Below are positions 19,409 through 29,444 of a stretch of 64,000 nt of DNA, piece by piece (within the stretch, counting starts at the first letter, position 1; every line of letters begins with the position of its first letter). The notes below the pieces were generated by a model. That model saw only the letters and a list, made by a program, of their open reading frames with translations. It was not told the DNA's origin and searched no databases. The stretch is from Candidatus Bathyarchaeia archaeon (GTDB lineage Archaea; Thermoproteota; Bathyarchaeia; Bathyarchaeales; Bathycorpusculaceae): the NCBI GenBank assembly GCA_038882655.1, contig JAVZNT010000002.1:64001-128000 (forward strand), given 5' to 3'. The translations under genes were made by a program, and so were the position numbers.

Positions 19409-19702
19409 TTACAGCATACGCTTTAAGGCTTCTGCGCCCCGCATTCCGGACTGAATACCTAATCCTTTAGCCCTTGTTGTGGCAGCTTTAACCTCAGCCT
19501 TCAAAACATCCTCGAAGGTTTTTACTCCGGTCACCATGGCAGCGGCTACGCCTAAGCGTTCTGCAGCCTCAACGTTTAGGAAGCCGCACATGACAAAGCC
19601 CTTCTCCGCCATGATTAGCAGTAGTGGAGAAGAGTCTGGGAGCTCAACCCTAACGCCCAAACACATTTTTTCGCCAACCTTAACCTGAGCCACATTTATC
19701 AA
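19409..19702 (-). CDS. YunC/DUF1805 family protein
   Basis: KGFVMCGFLN, AAMVTGVKTFED.L.A. Confidence 0.85.
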   Translation of the reverse strand: MINVAQVKVGEKMCLGVRVELPDSSPLLLIMAEKGFVMCGFLNVEAAERLGVAAAMVTGVKTFEDVLKAEVKAATTRAKGLGIQSGMRGAEALKRML

Positions 19703-19779
19703 GGCTGCCGCCCTCCACAGCCCCTATGCTATGTTGTAATTTTTAAATAAGAATTACCACACAGAAAAAGCGAAACAAC

Positions 19780-20388
19780 ATGCTGACAAAACTCAAAGCC
19801 AAAGTGCAATCAGCCATAAAAACACAAGCCAAAGCAGCCAACAAATTAGGGTTGACGCCAAACATCGTAAGCGGCATGGGCATCGTTTTAGCCCTCCTAT
19901 CGGCAACAGCCTATGCCAATGGACGTCAAACAATAACGTTGACTTTGGCTGTTGTTCTGCTGCTTCTTTCGGGATACTGCGACATACTAGACGGTGCCTT
20001 GGCAAGGCTATTCCAAAAGGCAACGCCTTTCGGAGGCTTTTTGGACTCGCTTCTCGATAGGTATGCGGACTCGGCAGTTTACCTAGGCATAATATTAGGC
20101 GGTTTATGCTCGGTGTTGTGGGGTCTCATAGCCCTTATGGGCTCTTTGCTGGTGAGCTATTCCCGCGCCAGAGCAGAAGCAGCAGGCATAAAAATGGAGA
20201 CGATTGGCTTGGCTGAAAGAGCCGAACGCATAATCATAATCGCGGTTGCAAGCATAGCCGAAATATTCTTTGTAGGTGTTATGGAAGCCGGCATGATATT
20301 TTTGGCGGTGCTCACAAACTTGACAGTGCTCCAAAGAAGCCTATACGCGCATAAAGCGTTAAAGAAGAAAGGAGAAACTGAAAGCTAG
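19780..20388 (+). CDS. CDP-alcohol phosphatidyltransferase (archaetidylinositol phosphate synthase-like)
   Basis: DILDGALAR...G.FLDSLLDRYAD; SYSRARAE. Confidence 0.9.
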   Translation: MLTKLKAKVQSAIKTQAKAANKLGLTPNIVSGMGIVLALLSATAYANGRQTITLTLAVVLLLLSGYCDILDGALARLFQKATPFGGFLDSLLDRYADSAVYLGIILGGLCSVLWGLIALMGSLLVSYSRARAEAAGIKMETIGLAERAERIIIIAVASIAEIFFVGVMEAGMIFLAVLTNLTVLQRSLYAHKALKKKGETES

Positions 20389-20675
20389 AACCTTCTGCCA
20401 ATGCGGAGCTTGCGCTCTTCTCTGGCGCGAACCTTCACAATGCCGTAATGAACAGCGCATGAAACACAATAATATTTCGTGTCAACAGGTGCAGAAATGT
20501 AAGCGCCTTTCTGGCGAAGCTCCTTCGCCAAAGCGGGGTCAACCAAAGAAAGCCTCCGCGTAACCTTTTTGGCTTTATCCCGTGGCACGAGTTCCCCACA
20601 GTTGGCGCACTGGACAAAACCGCTCCTACCCTTGGAGCCTTTTGACCTTCCACGGCTTTTTCTCTTGTATGGCAT
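20385..20675 (-). CDS. rps26e: 30S ribosomal protein eS26
   Basis: KRKSRGRSKG, CANCG..VPRDKA, YCVSCAVH..IVKVR. Confidence 0.95.
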   Translation of the reverse strand: MPYKRKSRGRSKGSKGRSGFVQCANCGELVPRDKAKKVTRRLSLVDPALAKELRQKGAYISAPVDTKYYCVSCAVHYGIVKVRAREERKLRIGRRF

Positions 20676-20720
20676 AACACAACCCACAAGCTATCCTATG
20701 CATGTTATACCAATGCACGC

Positions 20721-21611
20721 CTATATATCTGTTCTCAATTTCAAAATACAAGCAATGTTAGCCCTAGAATCAATTCTGGGGACAATCTTTCCAGCAGACG
20801 ACGTAAACAAAGTTGTGACGCCTGGACCATGCCCAGATGTTACACAATTTGTGTGGACAACTATGCCCACCGAAACCGCGCCTTTACGGTAGATCCGCCC
20901 ATAAGAATGGTCCGCGTCCAATATGGCTACCAAGTCGCCGAGTTTCAAATCGTCAAGTCCATACTCCTTCCTTGTGGCTTCATCGAAAAGCTGTATGTCG
21001 TAATCACCAGAATACGTTTGATTAGCGCCCAAGCCAGAACCCATAATCGCCGCCGGAATAACATGTGTAACTGGAACCTCCAATTTGTCGCCAACAGGTT
21101 TCGGGTCTAAAGCCTCCAAGAAACGGGGGTCCATATTCATAACCTTAATGTCTGGAAAATCCACAAGCTTCAAGCCAACGCCGAAAGCCCTCACCAACAC
21201 CTTATCGCCCAACATAAGTTTCTCAAGGGTTTCAGGCTGAAAATCTACAAGAACATGCTCTATCCCACCATGCTTGCCTGTGACAACACCCTTCGCACCT
21301 TTAGCATCACCGGAAACCACAACAGCTTCATTCCCAACGCATGAAAGCACGTTTAGGGCTGTGTTCGCACCTCTACCAAAAGTGGGATCATTTTCCTTAT
21401 TTTCTATGCTCACGCCAGGCTCAACATGGTCGGCTTCCCAGCCGCAAGCCAGGTCGCCAACCCTCACGTTGTAGGTTATGCCTCCAACGCCTGGCAAGAC
21501 CATTGGTACTCCTTCGGCTGAAATGTTGTATACGCCTCTTCCATAAATTGGGCTTGCAATCTCGCCCACAACAGAAATCTTAATAAGCTTATCAACATTC
21601 GTCTTTAACAT
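20721..21611 (-). CDS. DUF4438 family protein
   Basis: PGVGGITYN, DHVEPGVS, TGKHGGIEH, SGHGPG. Confidence 0.75.
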   Translation of the reverse strand: MLKTNVDKLIKISVVGEIASPIYGRGVYNISAEGVPMVLPGVGGITYNVRVGDLACGWEADHVEPGVSIENKENDPTFGRGANTALNVLSCVGNEAVVVSGDAKGAKGVVTGKHGGIEHVLVDFQPETLEKLMLGDKVLVRAFGVGLKLVDFPDIKVMNMDPRFLEALDPKPVGDKLEVPVTHVIPAAIMGSGLGANQTYSGDYDIQLFDEATRKEYGLDDLKLGDLVAILDADHSYGRIYRKGAVSVGIVVHTNCVTSGHGPGVTTLFTSSAGKIVPRIDSRANIACILKLRTDI

Positions 21612-21770
21612 GGCTTTCTCCTCGACGATTAAAGTCAACACCAGTCTTGAATAATAAGTTTCCCCTCTAAATGATGTAATCGCTTGGAACATAACAAGTT
21701 TTAAATGCCTCTTTCTATTTTGAGTTGAGTGAACAGCGAAGCGCATAAAACCGAACAGTGGCGAAGGTCA

Positions 21771-22361
21771 ATGGCTGAAATTGGTTTAAGGTCGAGAATG
21801 CTGGTTAAAGATGTCATGAGCAGCCCAGTGATAACCGTGGAGGAAGACGCTACAGCAAACCGCGTAGCAGAACTCATGGACAAGCACGGATTAGGATGTA
21901 TAATAGTAACCAGCAAGGAAGGAAAACCCATAGGAATCATAACCGAAAGAGACCTTGTTACGAGAGTTCTTGCAAAAAACGTTAAACCCGACACCTTAAA
22001 GGCAAAAGACGTTATGACCACTCCGCTCATAACAATAGAACCAGACGAAACAATAAGCGAAGCCGCCAGAAAAATGAGCAGACTAAACATCAGAAGGCTA
22101 GGCGTCATCTACAGAGGACAACTTATCGGGATTCTGTCAAGCAAAGATATATTGGCAGTAATGCCAGAACTTATTGAAACGATACAAGAAAGAGCCCTCA
22201 TAGAGGGAGAAAACCTAGCCCAAACAACCATAACAGAAGAGGAGGGAGAGTCCTCTTTGGCTGGATACTGCGACCGCTGTGGTGGATGGTCAGACAACCT
22301 TAAAGAGGTGGATGGAGAATTCCTCTGCGAAGACTGCAGAGCCGAATTGGAAAGCGAATAA
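21771..22361 (+). CDS. CBS-domain protein with C-terminal Zn ribbon
   Basis: GIITERD CBS pair; GYCDRCG...LCEDC. Confidence 0.9.
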   Translation: MAEIGLRSRMLVKDVMSSPVITVEEDATANRVAELMDKHGLGCIIVTSKEGKPIGIITERDLVTRVLAKNVKPDTLKAKDVMTTPLITIEPDETISEAARKMSRLNIRRLGVIYRGQLIGILSSKDILAVMPELIETIQERALIEGENLAQTTITEEEGESSLAGYCDRCGGWSDNLKEVDGEFLCEDCRAELESE

Positions 22362-22384
22362 AAAGGGTTTAAAGGGGAGATTTT

Positions 22385-23170
22385 TTGCGTGTCAAAGAAA
22401 TACTGAATGAAAAGCACCCCCTTATTTATGATGATGAGCTTGCAACAAAAGCCCGCGCTCTCATCCGCGACCTCTCCCTAAGAATATTGCCGGTCACAAA
22501 TAAGGATAGAAAACTTTTGGGAATAGTCTCCCGCAGTGCAGTTATGACTATATCCTCATCTGTTTCGCCAATAAAGGTAAAGGGCATAATGACGAATCCA
22601 AAGCATGTTGCTATAACAGAAGATGACGCCTTCGAAACAGTTAGGGCCATGTTGCGTGTAGACGAGTGGTGTACACCAGTTGTAAATAACCGAACAGAAA
22701 ACCTATTGAAAGGAGTTTTAGGCTTAGAAAACTTCATAGAAAACATAATTAAAACAAGCCCTGAAAAACTTGCCAAGCCAGTTTCAGAAATAATGACGAC
22801 AAACCTTCTGACGTGTTCTCCAGACGACGAGGTTGACAATGTCTGGCGCCTAATGCAAAACAAATCGTTAGCGGGACTTCCAGTTACTGCCAAAAACAAG
22901 CTTGTGGGTATTGTGACGCAGAAAGACATGCTTGAAAGCGGGGCGCTTATGCCAACATTTGAGTCGCACAAAGGAAGATTCAAGGCTTCAACGAAGATTT
23001 CAGCCCTTATGAAGACGAACGTGATAGCTGTCCAGCCTTCAGTAAAGGTGATAAGAGTTGCAAAAGTGATGGTTTCAAAGGATATTGGGCGGGTTCCAGT
23101 CATAGACATAGACGGAAGACTAATAGGCATAGTGGACCGAGAAGACGTAGCAAGGCTCATAATCAAGTGA
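22385..23170 (+). CDS. CBS-domain protein (4 CBS)
   Basis: Repeated LPV...GIVT/GIVD motifs. Confidence 0.9.
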   Translation: MRVKEILNEKHPLIYDDELATKARALIRDLSLRILPVTNKDRKLLGIVSRSAVMTISSSVSPIKVKGIMTNPKHVAITEDDAFETVRAMLRVDEWCTPVVNNRTENLLKGVLGLENFIENIIKTSPEKLAKPVSEIMTTNLLTCSPDDEVDNVWRLMQNKSLAGLPVTAKNKLVGIVTQKDMLESGALMPTFESHKGRFKASTKISALMKTNVIAVQPSVKVIRVAKVMVSKDIGRVPVIDIDGRLIGIVDREDVARLIIK

Positions 23171-23171
23171 G

Positions 23172-24092
23172 ATGGGAATAAAAATGAGTAGAGAAACTTT
23201 TAGGAGAACATTAAGAGGCAAAGGACCAGTCTCATTGAAGGGTGCAACCGCCAAAAAACGCGAAGGGGACGTAATGCACATAGCAAAAAGCCCAGTCATA
23301 ACAATGACCCTAACAACACCCATACACGACGCCATAAAAATAATGGCAAAAGAGGGATTCCGCAGAATCCCCATCGCAGACCCAGGCACAAAAACCTTAG
23401 CGGGCATAGTAACAGCCACCGACATAGTTGACTATCTCGGCGGAGGAAAAAAATTCGAAATAGTCCAACAGAAGTTTTCCGGAAACATATTCAAAGCCAT
23501 AAACGAACCAATAAAACTCGTAATGAACCAAAAAGTTTTCGCCGTTAAAACCACAGCGGACATAAGCGAAACAATCCAGCTTATGAAAGAGAAGAATGTT
23601 GGCGGCTTGCCGGTTGTGGACGCAGAAAATCATGTTAGGGCAATAGTCACTGAAAGGGATGTAGCCCGCATGTTCGCAGACAGAATAAGCGGAATAAAAG
23701 TTTCACAGTTAATGACTGAGAAAGTGGTAACGGCTCTACCCAAAACAACAATCTTCGAAGCAGAAAAAACTATGATTGGACAAGGCTTCAGAAGACTCCC
23801 AATAGTTTCAGACGGCAAAGTCGTAGGCATAGTAACATCCATGGACATAATACGCTTCTTCGGCTCAGGCGAAGTCTTCAAACATCTAAGATCAGGGACG
23901 ATAATGCAAGTTCTAAACACATCAGCCCTTGAAATCGCAACAAAAGAAGTCGCAACAATTGCACCGGACGCGGATGTCGGACAAGCAGCAAAAATTATGA
24001 GGGAGAAAAACCTTGGGGCTTTACCAGTAGTCCAAAATGAGAGGCTTGTTGGCATAGTAACCGAAAGGGACTTCTTCAAAATAATCGAATAA
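23172..24092 (+). CDS. CBS-domain protein (4 CBS)
   Basis: GFRRIPI, GIVTATD, GIVTERD motifs. Confidence 0.9.
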   Translation: MGIKMSRETFRRTLRGKGPVSLKGATAKKREGDVMHIAKSPVITMTLTTPIHDAIKIMAKEGFRRIPIADPGTKTLAGIVTATDIVDYLGGGKKFEIVQQKFSGNIFKAINEPIKLVMNQKVFAVKTTADISETIQLMKEKNVGGLPVVDAENHVRAIVTERDVARMFADRISGIKVSQLMTEKVVTALPKTTIFEAEKTMIGQGFRRLPIVSDGKVVGIVTSMDIIRFFGSGEVFKHLRSGTIMQVLNTSALEIATKEVATIAPDADVGQAAKIMREKNLGALPVVQNERLVGIVTERDFFKIIE

Positions 24093-24104
24093 CTAGGCAA
24101 TTTT

Positions 24105-25175
24105 ATGCCAAAGGAAGCGCTCTGCCTCAAAGTTCCAAAAATTAACGGTGAAAAAGTCATAACAACAGCCCACAAATTAGGGTTAGTTAACAAAGAACTG
24201 GAAGTCAAAAGAGGCTACAACTACATTTATATTCCCCTCACAAAAAGCCCCTCGCAAGAAGAAATTCAAGCTATCCAAAAACAAGTCATAAGACTTGAAA
24301 TCATAACCCACACGTTTCCAGAACGGAAAAAGCAGCCACCAACGGTTATTAAAATTTTAGAAGAAAAACTTCCGCCGCACTTGTTGGCTTGTGTTCCCCG
24401 AGCCCTGGATATCGTCGGCGACATAGCCATAATTGAGATTCCACCAGAACTTGAAACCCACAAAACAGAAATTGGAAACGCCATCCTGCAAGTCCACAAA
24501 AACGTGCGAACAGTTCTCGCCAAAGCCGGAGCAATAAAAGGCAAATACCGAACAAGGCAATACACGGTCATAGCCGGAGAGCCAAAAACAGAAACTATAC
24601 ACAAAGAGCACAACTGCAGGTATTATGTGGATCTAGCCAAAGCCTACTTCTCGCCACGTCTATCCCACGAGCACAAACGCGTGGCATCAACCGTTAAGGA
24701 GGGCGAAACGGTCATAGACATGTTCGCTGGAGTCGGCCCCTTCTCAATCCTCATAGCAAAAATTCATGAGCGAGTTAAAGTTTACGCCGTAGACATAAAC
24801 CCAGAAGCCTTCGCCTTGCTCGAAAAGAATGTTAGGCTTAACAGAGTTGAGGGAAAAGTTCATCCAATCCTAGGCAACGCAAAACAAATCATTAAACAAA
24901 AACTTCGTGGATTAGCCGACCGCGTTATTATGAACTTGCCGGAAAAAGCCATAGAGTTCGTCGAAACCGCATGCGAAGCACTAAAACCAGAGGGGGGCAA
25001 CATACACTTCTATAGCTTCGTTACAGTAGAAGAGCCCTTGGAAAAATTGGAGCAACAATTCAGAAAAGAGGTTGAAAAGTCGGGTAGAAGTATAGCGAGA
25101 ATCCTTTTCTCAAGAACTGTTCGCGAAACAGCCCCATACAAATGGCAAGCCGTCTTAGACGCTGAAATTCGCTAA
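24105..25175 (+). CDS. trm5: tRNA (guanine37-N1)-methyltransferase, Trm5/Taw22 family
   Basis: DIVGDIA, YFSPRL..E, DMFAGVGPF, DINP, MNLP. Confidence 0.9.
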   Translation: MPKEALCLKVPKINGEKVITTAHKLGLVNKELEVKRGYNYIYIPLTKSPSQEEIQAIQKQVIRLEIITHTFPERKKQPPTVIKILEEKLPPHLLACVPRALDIVGDIAIIEIPPELETHKTEIGNAILQVHKNVRTVLAKAGAIKGKYRTRQYTVIAGEPKTETIHKEHNCRYYVDLAKAYFSPRLSHEHKRVASTVKEGETVIDMFAGVGPFSILIAKIHERVKVYAVDINPEAFALLEKNVRLNRVEGKVHPILGNAKQIIKQKLRGLADRVIMNLPEKAIEFVETACEALKPEGGNIHFYSFVTVEEPLEKLEQQFRKEVEKSGRSIARILFSRTVRETAPYKWQAVLDAEIR

Positions 25176-25597
25176 ACCTCAACGGTTAAAGTTACCCTAA
25201 CCAGTTGTGCCGGGTTCTGAAGTCTCCTAACAAGAGCCCTTGACAAGTTGCAAGCCGCTTTATCCGCATTAATTGCCAAAGTTCTACTGCAAATGTATCC
25301 ACTCTTTCTCACAACCATATCCGTCGGATGCGACAATATCAACCTAGGGCTCCCAAAGGCCTTCACAAAGTCAACAACACCGCCAGCATCTATAAGAATC
25401 GTAAGTCTCGCGTCCTCTCTACGGAGAAAATTCCTGAACTCTGGTTTTAAGTCCAATAAGCCTTTATCAGCTGAAACCGCAACAATACAGTCGCCTCTAA
25501 CGGTTAGCTCTTTCTCCTTAGTTATCTCAAGCGTGGTGATGTGGGATGCTCTTATGTTCTCATGCCCAAACGCCGTTATAACTTCGGCTACTCTCAT
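25172..25597 (-). CDS. DUF371 family protein
   Basis: GHENIRASH.TTLEITKE..LT.RGDCI, VVRKS. Confidence 0.88.
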   Translation of the reverse strand: MRVAEVITAFGHENIRASHITTLEITKEKELTVRGDCIVAVSADKGLLDLKPEFRNFLRREDARLTILIDAGGVVDFVKAFGSPRLILSHPTDMVVRKSGYICSRTLAINADKAACNLSRALVRRLQNPAQLVRVTLTVEV

Positions 25598-25610
25598 AAA
25601 AGCGCCCTTA

Positions 25611-26057
25611 TTACAGTTCCTTCGCAAGATACAACGCCGTTTTGGTATCATCATAGAGCTTTTCGTTGTAGCCGCAGATTCTGAAGCCATTTTTCAAATA
25701 GAGGTTTAAGGCTGGAATGTTGTCTATTACGGTGTCAAACATGAGAACCCTTGCGCCGTTTTCCCTCGCAAAATCCTCCATGGTCTTCAGTAGAAGAGAG
25801 CCTATTCCTCTACGCCTATAACCAACATCAACAAGAAGACTTATCACATAGGCACTCTTATTCCATCTATAAACATGCACCCTAGAAAAACCTACAATCT
25901 CGCCACTTTCCTCAGCGACAAAGAATCTGCACTTCTCATTGGGGCTTTCAAAATTGAAGATAGCCTCTAAATCCTCATTTAAAGGCTCCTTATTCTTTTT
26001 AATCAGCTCTACTATTTTGGGCAGATCCGGCAGCTTTGCTATTCGAATTTTTGGCAT
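25611..26057 (-). CDS. GNAT N-acetyltransferase
   Basis: YRRRGIGS, N.PALNLY.K.GF. Confidence 0.9.
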   Translation of the reverse strand: MPKIRIAKLPDLPKIVELIKKNKEPLNEDLEAIFNFESPNEKCRFFVAEESGEIVGFSRVHVYRWNKSAYVISLLVDVGYRRRGIGSLLLKTMEDFARENGARVLMFDTVIDNIPALNLYLKNGFRICGYNEKLYDDTKTALYLAKEL

Positions 26058-27022
26058 TACTCCAAAACCTCTATTGAGTCAACTTTCCCATCGCCGTCCA
26101 AATCAAAGCCTTGAATTACTTTGGCAAACGTGTCCTCGCCTCTATAATTCCCCAAGGTCTTTTCATGGAAGTTCGTCAACGCCAAAACACACGCCTTAGT
26201 GCCAACAGCCTTATTCCCAGCCAAAACCACAACCCGTTTGCTCCTGTCCCATGGATTAACAATCTTCGCCACAAGCCCAACAGCATCAGACGTATAAACC
26301 TGCCCGGTCTTAGCTGAAACCAAACCACCAAACAAGAAACCCTGCTCAGACGGTTGCATATCAAACTTTAAAGGCAGATACTCATTCAACTCTTGAGTTA
26401 AAAGGTTTGTTCCTGGTCCACCCACAAGAATTAGATTGTTTTTCTCCTCTTTTTCAGCCTTAACGTCCACGTCAAGTTTCACAGCAAAATCTTCGGGCAT
26501 CCAAGTGAATTGTCCAAGAAAGAAAGCCAAATGAGAAGCATAATGCCCATCCCGAGCACTCGTTTTGAAAGGTCCATGAGGAGTTGGGCTACCCACAACA
26601 ATTTTGCCATCAAAGCATCCATCTTTGCGAATGAACTCGCTGAAAAATCTTCGGACTTGCTCGCTGAGGCTGACCAGCGGAAGTTTCTCCATAGCTTTGT
26701 ATCCCTTTGGTAGTTCTATCCCGAAGGCTGGCGAGGCAGCCATGTAATATTTGGCTATGGCTCCCTTTTTCTCCTCTTGTCTTGCAACGGTTACGGCTCC
26801 AGCCTTAATCAACTTCCTTATATGATAGTAAACCTTCTGCTCGTGGATTCCCAGCTCCTTTGCAATTTCAAGAGGGTACATCGCCCTCTCAGAAAGCATG
26901 ACTAAAATTTTCCAGCTAAGCCTATTCAAAATAAGTTTAAGCTTTTGCGGATCATCGAAAACCCTAATCTCCTTAACCCTCTGCGCCTTGCCATCATCAT
27001 GCAACAGCAGTTTTTTACCCAT
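26057..27022 (-). CDS. ArsR-type HTH regulator with C-terminal putative ligand-binding domain
   Basis: EIAKELGIHEQKVYYHIRKL; NLILVGGPGTN; divergent from metE pair. Confidence 0.8.
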   Translation of the reverse strand: MGKKLLLHDDGKAQRVKEIRVFDDPQKLKLILNRLSWKILVMLSERAMYPLEIAKELGIHEQKVYYHIRKLIKAGAVTVARQEEKKGAIAKYYMAASPAFGIELPKGYKAMEKLPLVSLSEQVRRFFSEFIRKDGCFDGKIVVGSPTPHGPFKTSARDGHYASHLAFFLGQFTWMPEDFAVKLDVDVKAEKEEKNNLILVGGPGTNLLTQELNEYLPLKFDMQPSEQGFLFGGLVSAKTGQVYTSDAVGLVAKIVNPWDRSKRVVVLAGNKAVGTKACVLALTNFHEKTLGNYRGEDTFAKVIQGFDLDGDGKVDSIEVLE

Positions 27023-27047
27023 GGTTTTCCATATGCATAAGCACGCC

Positions 27048-27071
27048 CCGTTATTAAAATTTTTATTACGG
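27048..27071. promoter_or_regulatory. Imperfect palindrome CCGTTATTAAAATTTTTATTACGG in the divergent regulator/metE promoter
   Basis: 20 of 24 positions self-complementary. Confidence 0.5.
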
Positions 27072-27108
27072 TGAATAAAGAGATAACCACACAAGCCGTA
27101 AAAGAAGG

Positions 27109-28107
27109 ATGAAAATGATTGGCTGCTACGTGACTGGCATAATGCCAAGACCAAAGGAACTTGTCGAAGCCACAAGAGCCTACGAAAGAAGAAAAATAAA
27201 CGAAGAAGATCTAGGAAAAGCCTTCAAAGAAGCAACAATAAAGGTTATAGAGGCGCAAGTCTCCGCCGAGCTAAGCTATATCACAGATGGAATGCTCAAA
27301 TGGCAAGATTTGCTGAGACCCTTCACAGAAAATCTAAAAGGCTTAAAAGCTGGAGCCCTCTCAAGATGGTTTAACAACAACACCTTCTATAAAAAGCCAA
27401 TCGTCCAAGACGAAATTCAGCGTAAAAAGGGCATAACCACAGAACTGGCCTATATGGAATATTTGCCAAGAAACATTCCATGGAAAGCTATATTGCCAGC
27501 ACCCTTCACGTTGGCAAGGCTTTCAGAAAACAAGTTTTACAAAAATGAAAAGGAACTAATATTCAGCTACGCTGAAATTCTGAAAGCTGAAATCGAAAGT
27601 CTAACAAAAAGTGGTTTTAAATATATTCAGCTAAGCGACCCAGCCCTCGTCTACAACCCATTAAAGAAACCAATTTCTAAGGATGTGCTTGTCGACGTTA
27701 AAGGAGCCCTTGAAACAACCGTTAGAATTACATATGCAAAAATATGCCTTCAAACATTTTTCGGAGACTTTTCACAAATTATGCCAGAAGCCTTAGACTT
27801 TCCAGTCGATGACTTGGGAATAGACCTTTACGAAACAAATTTGGAAAAGCTGAAGGGATACGAATTTGATAAGGGCATTGCCTTGGGACTTGTGGATTCC
27901 CGCAGCTCATTAGTCGAAGATGAAAAAGAGCTAGCCACCGTGGCTGAAGAGCTTATTCAATCAATTTATCCGTCAAAGATTCGCGACGTCTTCATCTGCC
28001 CAAACTGTGATTTGGAGTTTCTACCATGGGAAAGGGCAGAAGAAAAAATAGGAATTATTAGCCGCGTAGCCAAGCGCCTAAAGACGGAGTTGGGCGTTCA
28101 TGGATAA
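27109..28107 (+). CDS. Split cobalamin-independent methionine synthase, N-terminal-like (non-catalytic) subunit
   Basis: TDGMLKWQD, RWFNNNTFY; lacks the HxC Zn motif. Confidence 0.8.
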   Translation: MKMIGCYVTGIMPRPKELVEATRAYERRKINEEDLGKAFKEATIKVIEAQVSAELSYITDGMLKWQDLLRPFTENLKGLKAGALSRWFNNNTFYKKPIVQDEIQRKKGITTELAYMEYLPRNIPWKAILPAPFTLARLSENKFYKNEKELIFSYAEILKAEIESLTKSGFKYIQLSDPALVYNPLKKPISKDVLVDVKGALETTVRITYAKICLQTFFGDFSQIMPEALDFPVDDLGIDLYETNLEKLKGYEFDKGIALGLVDSRSSLVEDEKELATVAEELIQSIYPSKIRDVFICPNCDLEFLPWERAEEKIGIISRVAKRLKTELGVHG

Positions 28108-29254
28108 GCTTTTCCCAGCACAGGAAATAGGAAGTCTCGCCAAACCAGTATGGAGGATCAAGGGATACAGAGGCGAGTCCTTGTCAGAAAGTGAGATAGC
28201 TGAGGTCGTAGACTGGGGGCGGAGACTGGGGATAGAGGGCGTAGATGAGCTCGTCAAGATTTTAAAGAGCGGGGAAAGAACATTAGGGGATAAGAGAGCG
28301 ATTCTTGAGTGGGCTGCAAAGTTTGTCATCCGCTTCTTTGAAAATGCGGGGCTTGACATACTTTTTGATGGGGAACAGTGGCGCTCAGAAATGTACGAAC
28401 ATGTTATCAGAAACATTGAAGGCTTCAAATTTTTAGGATTTGTAAAATCCTTTGACTATAGATACTTTAACAAGGCTGCTTGCATGGACAAGCCAAAATA
28501 TATAAAACCATTCTATGTTGAAGAGTTCATTTTTACACGCAAAAACACCCACAGAGAGGTTAAAGTGCCCTTTACAGGCCCTTACACGCTTGTTGATTGG
28601 ACATTTAATGAGTATTACGAGAAAATGCTTAGTGGCAAAACCAAAGATTTTAAACGTAGGAAGCTCGAAGCTCGGAGAGAATTTCTTTTTGACTTAATAA
28701 AGGAGGTTGTAAGACCAGAAATTGGCAAGCTTGTGGAAGCCGGAGCAAAATGGATTCAGATAGACGAACCAGCGGCAACCACTAACCCGTCTGCTGAAGA
28801 AATGGAATTGTTTGTGGAGGCTTTCAACGAGACTGTTAGGGGGTTTAACTGCACCTTCAGCCTCCACAACTGCTACAGCAACTACGCGGTACTAGCGAAA
28901 TATGCTGCTGAACTGCGAAACTGCAGCCAATTAGCCCTAGAATTCGCCAACAGAGACAGCAAACAAATAGGAACTGGTGAAGTGCGCGTAGGCTATAGGG
29001 AACTGAAACTTTTCGAGGATTACAGCTTCAAAGGAAATTATGGCTTAGGCGTCATAGACGTCCACACAGACTTTATTGAGCCTCCAAAGCTCGTGAGGGA
29101 CAGAATACTACACGCCACCAAAATCGTCGGAAACGCGAGTAGAATATTTGTAAGTACCGACTGCGGATTAAGAACCAGAACCTGGGAGGTAAGCTTTGCA
29201 AAGTTGAAAAACATGGTTTTAGGCGCTGAGCTGGCAAGAAAGGCTTTGGCATAA
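28100..29254 (+). CDS. metE: Cobalamin-independent methionine synthase, catalytic subunit
   Basis: IGSL, DGEQWR, IQIDEPA, HNC and DCGLRT Zn ligands. Confidence 0.88.
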   Translation: MDKLFPAQEIGSLAKPVWRIKGYRGESLSESEIAEVVDWGRRLGIEGVDELVKILKSGERTLGDKRAILEWAAKFVIRFFENAGLDILFDGEQWRSEMYEHVIRNIEGFKFLGFVKSFDYRYFNKAACMDKPKYIKPFYVEEFIFTRKNTHREVKVPFTGPYTLVDWTFNEYYEKMLSGKTKDFKRRKLEARREFLFDLIKEVVRPEIGKLVEAGAKWIQIDEPAATTNPSAEEMELFVEAFNETVRGFNCTFSLHNCYSNYAVLAKYAAELRNCSQLALEFANRDSKQIGTGEVRVGYRELKLFEDYSFKGNYGLGVIDVHTDFIEPPKLVRDRILHATKIVGNASRIFVSTDCGLRTRTWEVSFAKLKNMVLGAELARKALA

Positions 29255-29444
29255 GTGAATGGTTATAAAGTTTTTGAAAACGTTATTGAAAAATTAATTA
29301 AAAATTAAGCCTTCAGCTGTAAATAAGCAACTAAAAACCTATAAAAAATTTTTAGAGCTGAAATTTTTCTCTTAAAAATGCTTATTACCAAAAACAGCCA
29401 CTGAATATAGCTGCAAACAAGCAAAGGGAACAGTGACAGCAAAC

